From an uncultured Acidobacteriota bacterium (lineage in GTDB: Bacteria > Acidobacteriota > UBA6911 > RPQK01 > JAPXNP01), in contig CAVZRV010000006.1 of assembly GCA_963777605.1 (NCBI GenBank), forward strand, positions 107,648-171,647: a stretch of 64,000 nt of DNA, in the 5' to 3' direction. The position numbers were made by a program, and so were the translations under genes. Under the pieces are notes generated by a model. The model ran no database searches. It saw only the letters and a list, made by a program, of their open reading frames with translations, and was not told the DNA's origin. Numbering within the stretch: the stretch's first letter is position 1; each line of letters starts with the position of its first letter. Shown here one piece after another: positions 31,186 through 41,123 of the stretch.

Positions 31186-32346
31186 ATGGTCCGAACCATG
31201 GCAAAGTCGAGTACGCTGACCGCCGGACCAACACCTGAATCAGCCCCTCACCGAGTTGCGAACGGCCCATCACTCGACAAGAAGACCCGCCGGCTGGTTT
31301 CCCTTGACGCGTACCGGGGACTGATCATGATCTGCCTGATTTCAGTCGGCTTCGGTCTGGCCGCATTCGAGGGCCATTCCTACCTGGGATTCCTGGCCAT
31401 GCAGGTGGATCACGTCCAATGGCAGGGCACGGTGTTCTGGGACCTGATCCAGCCGGCCTTCATGTTCATGGTCGGCGTGGCAATGCCGTTTTCCTACGCC
31501 AAGCGGCGTGCTCTCGGCCAGTCTCACAACCGGATTCTGATCCACGGAGTCCAGCGCGCAGTACTGCTCATCGTTATCGCCAACGCGATGGCAACAGTCC
31601 AGGAAGGCGTTCCCTCGATCGGATTCATCAACGTCCTCGATCAAATTGCGATCGGCTATGTCCTCGCCTTTTTCGTCCTTCGGCGCGGCTACCTGACCCA
31701 GGGACTCGTTGCCGGGGGAATCCTGTTGGTCTACACCCTGGCCTGGGTTTTCTATCCCGGAAACGGTCCTGCGGGTCCGTGGGCCATGACCACTCAAAAC
31801 CTCGGCGGAGACTTCGACCTCTGGATGCTCGGACGGCACTATTCCGGCTATTACGTCGGACTCAACGCCATCCCCTCGACGGCCACGATCATTTTCGGAA
31901 TCATGTGTGGCCGCCTGGTCGGCAGTGAACTTCCGCCGAGACGGATTGTCCGGATCCTCCTGGGAAGTGGAGTCGCCGGGATTCTGATCGGCTTGGCCCT
32001 GAGCCCGATGGTTCCCATTATCAAGCGGATCTGGACCGCGTCGTTCACCCTCTATTCGGCGGGATTCGTGATTCTGGGCCTGCTCTTCTTCTACTGGATC
32101 GTGGAGATCAGGAAACTCCAGCGGTGGACCTTCCCACTGGTCGTAGTCGGGATGAATTCGATCTTTGCCTACATGATCTTCCAGATGGCCCGGGGATCTG
32201 TAGAAGACGGAGTCATGGCGTTCATCCGGCCTGTGGTGGAAGCGCTGGGCCCGTATGGGGCCGTGATGCACTCTGTTTTGAGCCTGGCGGTTATCTGGTA
32301 CGTGCTTTACTTCTTCTACAAACGGCGCATTTTTCTCCGGGTCTGA
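31186..32346 (+). CDS. NagX / heparan-alpha-glucosaminide N-acetyltransferase-like membrane protein
   Basis: RLVSLDAYRG, H..W.G..WDLIQPAFMFMVG, PIIKRIWTASF, GMNSIFAY. Confidence 0.88.
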   Translation: MVRTMAKSSTLTAGPTPESAPHRVANGPSLDKKTRRLVSLDAYRGLIMICLISVGFGLAAFEGHSYLGFLAMQVDHVQWQGTVFWDLIQPAFMFMVGVAMPFSYAKRRALGQSHNRILIHGVQRAVLLIVIANAMATVQEGVPSIGFINVLDQIAIGYVLAFFVLRRGYLTQGLVAGGILLVYTLAWVFYPGNGPAGPWAMTTQNLGGDFDLWMLGRHYSGYYVGLNAIPSTATIIFGIMCGRLVGSELPPRRIVRILLGSGVAGILIGLALSPMVPIIKRIWTASFTLYSAGFVILGLLFFYWIVEIRKLQRWTFPLVVVGMNSIFAYMIFQMARGSVEDGVMAFIRPVVEALGPYGAVMHSVLSLAVIWYVLYFFYKRRIFLRV

Positions 32347-32364
32347 CAGGTCGGACACGTTCAA

Positions 32365-35300
32365 CTACTCAATCCCGTCAAAAACAGACTGTTCCTTCTC
32401 AGGCACCGGCACCCTCGATATGACCAGCGACAATTTCCCGTTGCGGGCGTGGTAGATCCCCTGGCTCTGGTAATTCCGGATCACGTACTCGGCGAAATCC
32501 AGGCAGGTCCCGTCAGTGCCCTTGAGCGGTTTCTCCCCGATCTGCGCCAGATCCAGGGTCGCCGGGTAGGACTCACTGGCCAGGTTGTAGAGCTTTTTCG
32601 GTTGCCACGGCGGGAGACCTAGTCGGGTCAGTTCAGGGTAGTAATCCACGTCGGCCCGGGCCCTTTCGAACGCTACCAGGCCGGCCCTTCCCGAGAGCTT
32701 GTGCCCCGGCTTGTCGTAATCGCCAAATACCCCCCCGTGGGTGATCACGATCTCGGGCCGATAGGCCCGGATCGCCGCCACCATCTGGCGAACCACGTTC
32801 TCCTCTCCTTCCCAGAGGCGCTCGCTGAAGTGGTAGTAGTCACTGCCGTTGTTGCCGGTTTCGAATTCATTGAAATTGGTTGCCGTCCGCACCCCGACCA
32901 TCCACATGTCCCGATCATGTTCCAGGTTGTAAGTCTCCTCGTACTCGCTGCTGTGAACGTCACTGAGCGTTCCCACGTCAACGATCGTCCGGTTTTCGTT
33001 AATGGTGTAGTGGGCAAAAAATGCGTTCAGGTTGATAGCGGCGTCATCGCCGTGGGCCATCATGACGAGAATGTCGGCCTTAGGCTGAGGGACTCTTCCC
33101 GGTTCCCAGTTCCGCCCGCCATCGTGCGAACGCAGCACCTGCTCCTGTTCCCCGACGACGATCACCTCACCACCATCGTTTGCCCAGACCGCCCGCATCC
33201 ATCCGCTATTGGGCAACGGCTGGTAGCGCCAACTGGCTCCCCCGTCTTCAGTCACCAGCATCCGGGTTCCCAGTTCGCCCACCGCGTAGCCGATCCGGGG
33301 CGTCACGAACCGCACGCTTCTCAGGTCCATGAGATCGCGGATCTCCGATTTGAAGAAGGTCGCGGCCGGGTGCCAGGACTCTCCACTGTCATTCGACACG
33401 AGGACGGTTCCGTTCTGGCCTACGATGCAACCGGTTGAACCGTTGAAGGTGACGTCGGTGTAGATCGGCTGAAATCCGTACGGTCGTCGGTCGGCCTCGG
33501 CCTGAACCGGTGTCCATGACTCACCACCGTCGGCGGTCTTGATCACCGTTTCATTCAGACCGACGGCGAAACCGGTTTTCTCGTCTCTGAATTCAACCCC
33601 GTAAAGCCAGTTGATCGAGCCCGTGGTCGGCAAGACCGACCACGACCTCCCCCGTCTGTCGTCTTGAGCAGGAAACCCCGCTCTCCGACGGCGTAGCCGA
33701 CTCGTTCGTTGACGAGGTCGAGACCCAAAAGCAGCCGCCCTCGCTCGCCGTACTGGCACTCCCAGGTCTTCCCGCCGTCAGTGGTGTGAAAAATGTAGCC
33801 GTAACCCCCGCGCCGGTCATGACGCATGCTCTCGTTGGTCTCGGCGATGCGCAGCCGGCCACCGACGGCCCACCCCTCATTCGGACTGACAAAGTCAACC
33901 CGGTACAGGTCCGCGTCACTCTCCAAAGGGATACGCTGCCAGTGTTCTCCTCCATCCTCGGTACGAAGGATTGTTCCCATCGCTCCAACCGCCCAACCGT
34001 TTGGGCCAATGAACTGGACGTCCATCAAGGGATAACCACCCTCCGCGGGATGAGGCACGGATGCGTAATACTTCGCGGCATCGATCACTCCCAGCATCTG
34101 ATCCGCCTGCTCCAGGATCCTGGATTCCTGGGATGAATCACCGTCCAGGGAAAGTTGCTCGAGCGTCTTCCGAACTTCCGACACCCCGCCGGCAACCTCA
34201 CCGATCCGCTCGATCCCGGCAAGGAGATCGTCCCGTCTCCTTCCGAGCGTCGCCTTCACTCCACCCGGGTCGAGGGTGTCGATGCCGTCGAGAGAACCGA
34301 ACGTTCTCGGGTCAAGGAAATTTCCTCCCGAGTAGCTCCAGGCCTGGAGTTCCGACTCTCCCTCGCCAATGAGCCGGTTTCGAAACAGGTTTAAGCCCCA
34401 GGTCTCGCGGCTCTTCAACGGCAGATCCAGGGCCGTCAGATCGACCAGGGCCCGGGCTCCCCAACCGCCGGCGGTTTCATACCGCTCCACCTTGACCGGA
34501 GGAGTCCAGGAACGGGCCGGCTCGCCGTACGGTCCGTAGTGGGTTCCCCGGACGCCGCCCTCGTTGTCCACGACGATCATGTAGAAAGCCTGGTGCACCG
34601 AATCACCGGGCGTACCCCGGGGTTGCAGGATGATCCAGAAGCACTCTTTCTGGAATAGACCCTGATCGACGAAAATCCCGTTGACCCCGGCCAGTCTGGG
34701 CCTCCATGCCCTTCCCCAGGCTGGTATCGTCCGCACTTCTTTCCGCGAGCCCGGCGCCATCTCCCTGGAGATTGACCGCCAGGCTCAACCCGCTCAGAAC
34801 CACCTGCGCCCGCGCCCGGTTGCCTTCAACCAGTTCGCCCATCCGATCCGTCCAATCCAGTTTGAGAACCGGAACCGATTCCCAGAGCCCTCCATCTCCT
34901 GAGCCGCCCGGAGGCGGGATCGAATCCAACCGGCTGATCTGCGCGCGAACGGGCTGCTTCTGGCTCATGTCCGGCTTCACCTCTTGCAGGAAGTCAGGCC
35001 GCGTCCAGTAGTAGGACACTAGTCCGGGGCGCCGGACCATTACGTCCTGGGTGACGGTCACGCCGACGTCCGCTGAGGTAACACGCGCCTGACCCTGCGC
35101 CGACTGAGAGCCATGGTGGAATGCCAACCGCCAGTCCCAACCAGGATCCGAGAAGAGGTCCAACCCGCTGAATGGAATCCGCATTTCAAGATCCCAGCCC
35201 CCGTCTCGATGGGCCGTCGCCACTTCCGCACCGGAGTTCCAGGAAGAGAAAAAGAACCCGTCCAGGTAAGGATCGAAATAGGAGTCCCAGACCGTCCCCA

Positions 35301-35775
35301 GGGGATTGGCGGCAATGGAGTAATAGTACCCGCTGCGCACCTTGATCGAGTCGGGCAGCCAGGGCCGAAGATCAACCTGCACGTAGTCATCACCGGTGAT
35401 CACGCCGTCGAAATCCTCGAGCGACGCAGTGATCCCATCCGGTTCATCGACCGACCAGAAAAGGTAGATGTTCTCGCCATCAAAGAGGACCCGAACCGAG
35501 GTCTTGTCCAGGTTTCCCGATGCGTCGCCCAGAGGGGAGATCTCGGCCGCGCGGTTCCAGTCGTCCTCCGTCATGGTCCCGTCTACGGTGATCTGCCTGG
35601 GCACGAACGTATGCCTGGTCTGGTAGAGCTGTTCTCCAGGTCCTGACTTGACCGAGATCAAGCGGTTTCCCCGGACGACCCGGTCTCCGGAAGCGTAGTG
35701 CTTCTGCCCGAGCGCCGGCGCCCCACTACAAAACACAGCTAGACTCACTACCAGAAAGATTCGCCTGAGATTCAT
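32365..35775 (-). CDS. large secreted protein: two CBM9-like domains, YCF48-like beta-propeller, PIG-L-like domain; frameshifts near ~34700 and ~33655
   Basis: Signal peptide; ITVDG..W, WDLEMRIPF, WGLNLFR (CBM9-like); repeated GWAVG..GTILRTEDGG..W (BNR/YCF48); MAHGDD..IRAYRPEIVITH..H (PIG-L-like). Three consecutive ORFs overlap at the breaks. Confidence 0.8.
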
Positions 35776-36225
35776 GATCACCTTACTTCTGGCCTTTTCG
35801 ACCGCTGTTGACCGAACGGCGGGGAGGGTTGGGCTGGCGAGTAACCTGCTGAAGACGCCTGATCTTGTCGGTGGGAAGATTCTCTTTTTCGCCTCGGACA
35901 GGCTTTTCATTATCGTCAGTTTTCTTCATCGAGCTACCCCCAAACAAATGTCCAGTCGGCCCCATCATCATCCTATGACTAAACGGCGTCAAGGGTTCTG
36001 CCGGAGGAAGTCGGTCCGTTAATCGTCAAGGTCGGCACCGTCCTTCTTCAGACAATCGGAGCATATTGAATCCCTGGTCGGACTTTTCCGACTGCGCGCC
36101 GATTCATCCGGCATCCCCGGGAGGGGACAGATGGAGTGGACAACAAGTCACCTTTTATTGTACATGCGGATCGAGACAGCTGATTGTTTGCATCCCTGGG
36201 TTGGGACCCGACCTGGCAGCGCCGA

Positions 36226-36528
36226 ATGCCGGCCCGCATCAAGATGATCTGGACGATCACGGTCGTCCTGGCCACGGCGTCGCTCTATGCTTTGAGGTTT
36301 CTGGCCGTCTGCTTTATGCCCTCTGGACAGCGATGGATTCCCATCAGCATCGTCGTCTTCGCCTACGCGCTCTTCTCCCTGGCCCAAGTCCTGGTTCGAC
36401 GCGAGGTCTTCCGCCGACTGGATAGTGACGAGGATCAACTGGCCGCCCGGCAGATCCAAGTGTGGCTTCTTCCCACGGATTTGCCCGCGGCGTCGAACCC
36501 TCCGATGATACGGCGATCCTCGCAATGA
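36226..36528 (+). CDS. small hypothetical membrane protein
   Basis: About 100 aa, two hydrophobic segments; no motif. Confidence 0.4.
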   Translation: MPARIKMIWTITVVLATASLYALRFLAVCFMPSGQRWIPISIVVFAYALFSLAQVLVRREVFRRLDSDEDQLAARQIQVWLLPTDLPAASNPPMIRRSSQ

Positions 36529-36542
36529 AGGTGAAATAGGCC

Positions 36543-39500
36543 CTACGAACCAAAGGTTTCTACAACCTTGCGTTCCTTGGAGCCAAACCAGCGACGGGAA
36601 CTCAGCCACACGAGTGCATTTTCCTTGCTCACATAAATCACCGGGATCAGGACCAGAGTGACGAGCGTAGAAGCCGTCAGCCCTCCAATCACGACCCGGG
36701 CCAGGGACGCCTGGATCTCCGCACCGGCTCCGATCCCCAGCGAAAGAGGCAACAGCCCCAGGACCGTGGTCAGAGTCGTCATCAGGATCGGGCGTAGCCG
36801 CAGCCGGCCCGATTGCACTACGGCTTCTCTTACCTCGAGACCGTGTTCCCGACGCATCAGGTTGATGTAGTCCACGAGAACGATTGCGTTGTTCACGACG
36901 ATTCCAATCAGCATGATCATCCCCATCAGGCTCTGAATGTTGATGGTCGTGCCGGTCAGGATCAGGGTCGGCACCACACCGATCACGGCAAGTGGAACCG
37001 AGAACATCACCACGAGAGGGTCGAAGAAGCGCTCGAACTGGGCCGCCATCACCATGTAGATCAGGACGAGCGCCATGATTATTGACAGCCGAAAATCCGA
37101 GACCGCGCGCTGCTGTTCCTCGTACTCACCTCCGAAAAAGAGTGAAAACGCTTCCGGCAACTGGACGCCGCCGACACGGGCCCGAATCTTGTCCACCGCC
37201 GCCCCCAGCGGTACTCCGCTCTCCAGGTTCGCCGTAATCATCGTGATCCGCTGGCCGTCAATTCTGCTGATTTCCGTTGGGCCCCGGCCGCGACTCTGGA
37301 CCACAACTGACGACAAAGGCACCACCTCACCGTCGCCTGTGCGAATGGAAATGTTCTTCAAGTCATGGGGACTGAGTCGGTCCTCCTGACGCAGCCGGAC
37401 CAGGATCGGGAACTCATCGCCTCCTTCCCGGAAAGCACCCGCCCGACTCCCTCCAACGTTGGTCTGGATAACCCGCGCAACATCGCTCACGGTCAGGCCG
37501 AGATCGGCAATCTTCTGGCGGTCGAACTCCAGGTTCTGCTCGGGTCTTCCCTCCCGTCGACCCACTCTCACGCCGGATATTTCGGGAATCTCTTCCATCC
37601 GGAGCCGGATCTCCTGGGCCAATTCCTGGGCTCGTTCCAGATCGTAGCCCCTCAGCTGGATGGATACGGACTCGTTCCCGCCCGAGCCGAAGATCCGGCG
37701 GAGAATCCAGAGCCCGGACTGGGCCGTGACTCGAATGTCACCACCCGGAACCTTTCCGTCAACGGCTTCCCTCAACCGGTCCGCCAGTTCGAACGTGGAA
37801 ACAGAACGACGATCGGCGCCAACCATCGTGATCTCAACTTCTGCACGGCCGTCGCGAACGTCGGTGGTCAGGTGCCCCACGTCCTCCATCGGGAGGTTGT
37901 CACGGACCACCCGCTCCAACTCCTTCAGGTATTCATTCTGCACCGCGATATTGGTTCCTTCAGCCATCAGGAAGTCAATGTCGATCTCATCCGCGTCGGT
38001 CTGGGGTGCCAGTTCCATCGGGATCATCGGAAACAGGACGAAACAGGCAACCACCAGGAGAGTGGTAACGCCGAAGACGATCGCCTTGTGGTTCAGTGCC
38101 AGCCCGATCACTCCGGCATAGCCTCCCTCGAGCCGTCCGAAAACACGCTGGAAACGACTCCGCTTTGGACTTCCCGTCTTGTTCCGTCCCTTGATGGTCA
38201 GGAAACGGCTGCAGAGCATGGGAACGAGCGTCAGTGCCACGAACAGTGAACAGACCACCGCGAATACGACTACCAGGGCCAACTGTTTGAAGATCAGCCC
38301 GGATATCGTCTGCATGAAGACAACGGGAAGGAAGATCACGCAGGTCGTCAGCGTGGACGCGACGATCGCACCGGCCACCTCCCGGGTGCCGACCAGGGCG
38401 CTCGCTTTCAGTTCCCTGCCCTGTTCCTCTCTTTGCCGGACAATGTTCTCGAGTACCACGATCGCATTGTCAACGATCAGGCCCACCCCCAGGGCCAGCC
38501 CCCCGAAACTCATCTGGTTGAGGGTCAAGCCGTTGAAATAGAGGAGCCCGAAGGTGGCGATAATCGAGATGGGGATCGAGACGGCGATGATCACCGTCGA
38601 AGAGAAGTTCCGGAGAAACAGGTACAGGATGAAGACCGCCAGGAGGCCTCCCCATATCGCCGATGTCTGCACGTTGTCCATCGAAGCCTGGATGAACCGG
38701 CTCTGGTCGGTCGTGACAAACAACTCCAGATCGTCTCGCTCCTGGTTGATCCGATTGATTTCCCGGCGGACATCCTGCGCCACCTCTACCGTGTTGGCCC
38801 CCGTCTGTTTCCGGATCGCAAACCGGATCATCGGGTTCCCGTCGATGGTTACCACCCGCTCGAGATCCTGGTACCCCCAGCTCACTTTCGCCACGTCACG
38901 CACCCGAATCGGCTTCGAGTCGATAATCGTGATGATGACATCGGCAATCTGGTCGATCGAAGTGTACTCGCCCAAACTGCGGACGTAGAGGCGCTGGATT
39001 CCCGAGTTGACGTTGCCTCCCGGCAGGGTCGCGTTCTCCGCCGCGATGGCCTGCTGGATCTCGGCAGAGGAGAGCCCTGCCGAGATGACACGATCCATGT
39101 CCAGGTCAACATGGACCTCCTTGTAGATGCCACCCCAGATATCGATCGACCCGACTCCCGGGATCTGCTCAAACCGCCGGGTGACCTCGCGTTCCAGGAC
39201 CTGCGTCAATTCCTGAAGGTTGCGCGTCGAATAGGCACCAACAATTACGACCGGAAAGTTGTCCGGGTCGAACTTGCGAATGCGCGGCGTGTCAACTTCC
39301 GGAGGGAGGTCGTCACGGATCCGGTCGAGTGCCGCACGAACGTCATTGGCCGCAACGTCGACATCGGTTCCCTGGGCGAATTCCAGGGTGACGTCACTTT
39401 CACCCTCCTGAGATCTGGAACGCACTCGCTCGACACCGGGAACGCTGGCGATGGTGTTTTCGATCGGCTGGGTGATGATCTGCTCGATCTCCTCCGGACC

Positions 39501-39662
39501 CACGTTGGGATACTCGGTCGAGATCGTCAGTTGGGGATATTCAATGGGCGGTAGCAGGTCAACCGGAAGGAAACGGAGCGACATCACTCCGACCACGATG
39601 ATTATGAGGAAGAACATCGTCGTGGCAACCGGTCGCTTGACGGCGAGTTCGGTGATATTCAT
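36543..39662 (-). CDS. RND efflux permease (AcrB/HAE1 family)
   Basis: 1039 aa; AVKRPV, GLIVDNAIVVLENI, GIVVNNAIVLVD, RLRPILMTTLTT. Confidence 0.96.
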   Translation of the reverse strand: MNITELAVKRPVATTMFFLIIIVVGVMSLRFLPVDLLPPIEYPQLTISTEYPNVGPEEIEQIITQPIENTIASVPGVERVRSRSQEGESDVTLEFAQGTDVDVAANDVRAALDRIRDDLPPEVDTPRIRKFDPDNFPVVIVGAYSTRNLQELTQVLEREVTRRFEQIPGVGSIDIWGGIYKEVHVDLDMDRVISAGLSSAEIQQAIAAENATLPGGNVNSGIQRLYVRSLGEYTSIDQIADVIITIIDSKPIRVRDVAKVSWGYQDLERVVTIDGNPMIRFAIRKQTGANTVEVAQDVRREINRINQERDDLELFVTTDQSRFIQASMDNVQTSAIWGGLLAVFILYLFLRNFSSTVIIAVSIPISIIATFGLLYFNGLTLNQMSFGGLALGVGLIVDNAIVVLENIVRQREEQGRELKASALVGTREVAGAIVASTLTTCVIFLPVVFMQTISGLIFKQLALVVVFAVVCSLFVALTLVPMLCSRFLTIKGRNKTGSPKRSRFQRVFGRLEGGYAGVIGLALNHKAIVFGVTTLLVVACFVLFPMIPMELAPQTDADEIDIDFLMAEGTNIAVQNEYLKELERVVRDNLPMEDVGHLTTDVRDGRAEVEITMVGADRRSVSTFELADRLREAVDGKVPGGDIRVTAQSGLWILRRIFGSGGNESVSIQLRGYDLERAQELAQEIRLRMEEIPEISGVRVGRREGRPEQNLEFDRQKIADLGLTVSDVARVIQTNVGGSRAGAFREGGDEFPILVRLRQEDRLSPHDLKNISIRTGDGEVVPLSSVVVQSRGRGPTEISRIDGQRITMITANLESGVPLGAAVDKIRARVGGVQLPEAFSLFFGGEYEEQQRAVSDFRLSIIMALVLIYMVMAAQFERFFDPLVVMFSVPLAVIGVVPTLILTGTTINIQSLMGMIMLIGIVVNNAIVLVDYINLMRREHGLEVREAVVQSGRLRLRPILMTTLTTVLGLLPLSLGIGAGAEIQASLARVVIGGLTASTLVTLVLIPVIYVSKENALVWLSSRRWFGSKERKVVETFGS

Positions 39663-39680
39663 GCTGGTCCCTGGTTTCGT

Positions 39681-40979
39681 CTATTCTCGTCTCAGGACTT
39701 CCTTAAGCAAGTCCTCTCGTTGCAGGTTCTGCAGTTCCATGACACGGTCCCAACTCATGGGACGCACCCGGGCCCGGTCCCGCCCTTCTGCGAGAAGGTT
39801 CTGTCCAACCGTAACCACCCAGGATTTCGGATCGAGCCCCTCCACTCCGACCTCCATCCGCCCTTCGGCCAACACGTCGATCGGCTTGAACTTTGCTTCC
39901 ACCGCAGGCGAAACCGACGCACTCGAATCCGGTCCATCAGTAACCGCGTGGTCGTTCGGTTCGAAGGACGGAATGTGATAAATCCCTTCCTCTCCTGTTG
40001 CCGGATGGGTGTAAACGGCACTCGCCGGAACGAGTGTCGCTTGCCGGCTTTCGCCGTAGAGGATTTCGACGGAGACCGACATTCCCGGTCTGAGCACGCT
40101 CCCGTCGTTTCGGATATCGATTTCCGCCTCGGTACTTCTCGTCGCAGGATCTAGAAACGGCGAGATTCGGGACAACCGCGACGCGAGCACCCGCGCTCCG
40201 TCATCCCTCCCTCCGGTGTACACCTTGACCGTCTGACCCACCTTGACGTTGGCCAGGGCGGCGGAGTTCAGGACTACTTCAATCCGAAGCCGCTCCAGGT
40301 CGCCGATCGTGAAAAGCTCGGAATTGGCGCCGACCTGCATCCCAACCTCGGCGTTTCTGCGCCCAACGGTCCCGGTGATCGGAGCTCGCACGACGGTCTT
40401 GGACAAGATCGTTCGCGTCTCTTCAATTACCGATTCCGATTCCTGGATTTGAGCCTCGGCCAGTTCGATATTGGCCCGGGCCGAGTCGAGTTGGGCCTGC
40501 AGCGTCTCTACTTCCAGCTGACTTGACAGGCCCTCCTCAGCCAGGGCGGCCGTCCGACGGTACGACACTTCCAGCTCCCGGTAGCGCGCGCGGGCCTGGC
40601 TCAGCGCCGCCTGGTTCACCTTCAGCCCGGCCTCGGCCTGTCTCAACTGTTCCCGGTACTGGCTGTCGTCGAGCACAGCCAGGGGATCCCCGGCCCGAAC
40701 CAGATCCCCGTTCCGGGCGAGCACACGAACCATTCTTCCGCTGATTTCAGGGTAGAGCGAAACCTGGTTCTGGGCGATGACCGTCCCGTTCAGTCGCTCG
40801 GACAACGGTAGCGTCCCGAGCCTCGCCTGAACCGCTTCCACGACTGGGACGATCGATTCGGACGCCGTGTCGGCAGCGCCCGCCGTTGGCGGAGTGAAAG
40901 ACGAAGAACAGCCCGACATCAGAATTGAGGTCAAGAGTCCGGATAATACAGCTGCGGCATAACGTGTCGACAAGCTCAT
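39681..40979 (-). CDS. RND periplasmic adaptor (membrane fusion protein)
   Basis: Lipobox MSGC, GDLVRAGD lipoyl half, coiled coil, RAPITGTV, LRPGM. Confidence 0.94.
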   Translation of the reverse strand: MSLSTRYAAAVLSGLLTSILMSGCSSSFTPPTAGAADTASESIVPVVEAVQARLGTLPLSERLNGTVIAQNQVSLYPEISGRMVRVLARNGDLVRAGDPLAVLDDSQYREQLRQAEAGLKVNQAALSQARARYRELEVSYRRTAALAEEGLSSQLEVETLQAQLDSARANIELAEAQIQESESVIEETRTILSKTVVRAPITGTVGRRNAEVGMQVGANSELFTIGDLERLRIEVVLNSAALANVKVGQTVKVYTGGRDDGARVLASRLSRISPFLDPATRSTEAEIDIRNDGSVLRPGMSVSVEILYGESRQATLVPASAVYTHPATGEEGIYHIPSFEPNDHAVTDGPDSSASVSPAVEAKFKPIDVLAEGRMEVGVEGLDPKSWVVTVGQNLLAEGRDRARVRPMSWDRVMELQNLQREDLLKEVLRRE

Positions 40980-41123
40980 GGTTCTCCCGGCCTTATGCGT
41001 TTAAAATCGGAACAGAAATCCGACGATTTGAAGCAGAAAATGGACTTGCTTTATAGCCTACCAGACAAAATCGATCACCTCCGGCTGGATTTCGGCGGAC
41101 TGAATCGTTAGTGTAGGCTCATT

